Source: Syntrophomonas sp. (lineage in GTDB: Bacteria > Bacillota > Syntrophomonadia > Syntrophomonadales > Syntrophomonadaceae). From it: a stretch of 46,311 bases of DNA. Made by a program: the position numbers and the translations under genes. The stretch covers positions 1 through 46,311 of the forward strand of contig JBAYYO010000001.1 of the NCBI GenBank assembly GCA_041672985.1. The letters are read 5' to 3'. Of this stretch, positions 45,290-46,311 are shown piece after piece; positions within the stretch are counted from its first letter, which is position 1, and every line of letters begins with the position of its first letter. The notes under the pieces were generated by a model, which saw only the letters and a list, made by a program, of their open reading frames with translations, searched no databases and was not told the origin of the DNA.

Positions 45290-46078
45290 GTGAAAACAGT
45301 GGTTGTGATACAACGGGAACTTCAGGAGAATCTGCGCAACTATAAGACCTTGTTTTTGTTGATGTTTATTTTTGGCGGTATTCTTATGGCGCTCTACACT
45401 GAGGTCGGCCCCACAGCCAACTCCCAAAATGTTCTGGACCCCTTTTTCGAACTTTTTGCCGTGCTTTGCCCCATGATTGGCATATTAGCCGCCATGGATG
45501 CGGTGGTAGGGGAAAAGGAGAAGGGTACTTTGGAACTGATCCTCTCCAAGCCTTTGCCCCGACGGTCCCTGCTCCTCGGCAAATTCTGGGCTTATGTACT
45601 GATGATCGTGCCCCTGTTGGTGGCAGAATTGATCGCTGCCTACTTCTGGGCTCAGTTTTCGGGGATATCCCAGTATCGCTGGCAGCTTCCCATGCCCCCG
45701 TTTAGCCAGTGGTTGACCCTGGTAGCCATCGTAAGCTGTGTTTCCCTATTTTTTATAGCTCTGACCACCCTGATTTCTATGTTTGCTCCTACCACGGCTA
45801 CTTCCGGCTTATGTGCTCTGGTCTTCATGGCCCCGGCTCATCCGTTGGGAGGCGAATTTCTAAGACAGGTTGGCCTGCGGCTGAATATAAGCAGCTTTGA
45901 AGGACTGCCCCTCGCAGTCAAGTTCTTCCTCAGCGTTTTCTCCAAGTTTCAGAAATTCGCCCTGACCAGCCCTGGCGATGCTCTAATCTGTTGCCTATCG
46001 CTGTTGAGCATGACTATTGTTGTGCTGCTTCTAAGCAGTTGGATCTTTGAGCGGCAAAACGTAGCTTTCAAAAATTAA
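45290..46078 (+). CDS. ABC-2-type transporter permease
   Basis: About 6 hydrophobic segments. I prefer the GTG at 45290 (GGAACGGAG 9 nt upstream); the ORF-track TTG at 45281 abuts that ribosome-binding site. It is followed 12 nt later by the ATPase gene. Confidence 0.7.
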   Translation: MKTVVVIQRELQENLRNYKTLFLLMFIFGGILMALYTEVGPTANSQNVLDPFFELFAVLCPMIGILAAMDAVVGEKEKGTLELILSKPLPRRSLLLGKFWAYVLMIVPLLVAELIAAYFWAQFSGISQYRWQLPMPPFSQWLTLVAIVSCVSLFFIALTTLISMFAPTTATSGLCALVFMAPAHPLGGEFLRQVGLRLNISSFEGLPLAVKFFLSVFSKFQKFALTSPGDALICCLSLLSMTIVVLLLSSWIFERQNVAFKN

Positions 46079-46090
46079 GGGGGAGCAATT

Positions 46091-46311
46091 ATGAAGGATT
46101 TCGCGGTAAGTGTTCAAGATTTAAGCAAACGCTACGGTTCCTTGCAAGCCGTTGATAATGTCAGTTTTCAGGTAAAGCAGGGCACCTCTTTTGGCCTGCT
46201 GGGATTAAACGGAGCAGGTAAAACCACCACCTTCAAAATGCTGGTGAGCCTGATTAGACCAGATGGCGGAACCGCTCATGTGGCTGGTTATGACGTGGTG
46301 AAAGAACCCAT
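46091..46311 (+). CDS. ABC transporter ATP-binding protein, N-terminal 73 codons (runs off the right edge)
   Basis: My own translation reads MKDFAVSVQDLSKRYGSLQAVDNVSFQVKQGTSFGLLGLNGAGKTTTFKML... (Walker A). GGGGGAG ribosome-binding site. Confidence 0.85.
   Translation, partial: MKDFAVSVQDLSKRYGSLQAVDNVSFQVKQGTSFGLLGLNGAGKTTTFKMLVSLIRPDGGTAHVAGYDVVKEP

Noticed and set aside
1-46311. CRISPR arrays, tRNA/rRNA genes, IS elements, integrases, toxin-antitoxin pairs or defence systems.
   Set aside because: All intergenic regions longer than 100 nt were read on both strands. There are no regularly spaced repeats, no tRNA T-loop/acceptor patterns, no terminal inverted repeats flanking an ORF and no transposase-like translations. 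The only repeats are the three 16-mers at 43588-43800.

Overview
This is a dense, mostly minus-strand chromosomal segment from what looks like an anaerobic Gram-positive bacterium. I infer Clostridia, of Peptococcaceae/Syntrophomonadaceae type, from the Bacillus-like recG/yloV/asp23/rpmB synteny, the strong GGAGG ribosome-binding sites and the gene content. I found no rRNA, tRNA, CRISPR array, IS element, integrase, phage genes or recognisable defence genes. The content is core energy and cofactor metabolism. It includes an EtfAB plus membrane HdrED-like Fe-S oxidoreductase operon, and a complete hem operon carrying the siroheme-dependent (Ahb) branch. It also includes tatA/tatC, a menaquinone late-step cluster (HepT/UbiX/UbiA/UbiD plus a degenerate prenyl-synthase paralog), and speH, trpS, aroF and aroH. 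Further on are a four-subunit 2-oxoacid:ferredoxin oxidoreductase, rluB, folE, a butyrate/beta-oxidation operon (CoA-transferase, acyl-CoA dehydrogenase, thiolase, crotonase, hbd), ogt and an ABC transporter. The least-explained part is the divergent locus at about 34.7-37.5 kb. There a ModD-like protein faces a structured leader that resembles a Moco-class riboswitch with a perfect terminator. That leader precedes an unusual TsaA/TrmO-FmdE-like fusion protein and folE. Other items worth a second look are a HutP-family antiterminator co-transcribed with chorismate mutase, an orphan P-loop NTPase heading the OFOR operon, a 600-nt ORF-free spacer with three direct 16-mers upstream of ogt, and a perfect 13-bp hairpin inside the etf operon. 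All calls come from reading the sequence and the ORF translations. No database search was run.
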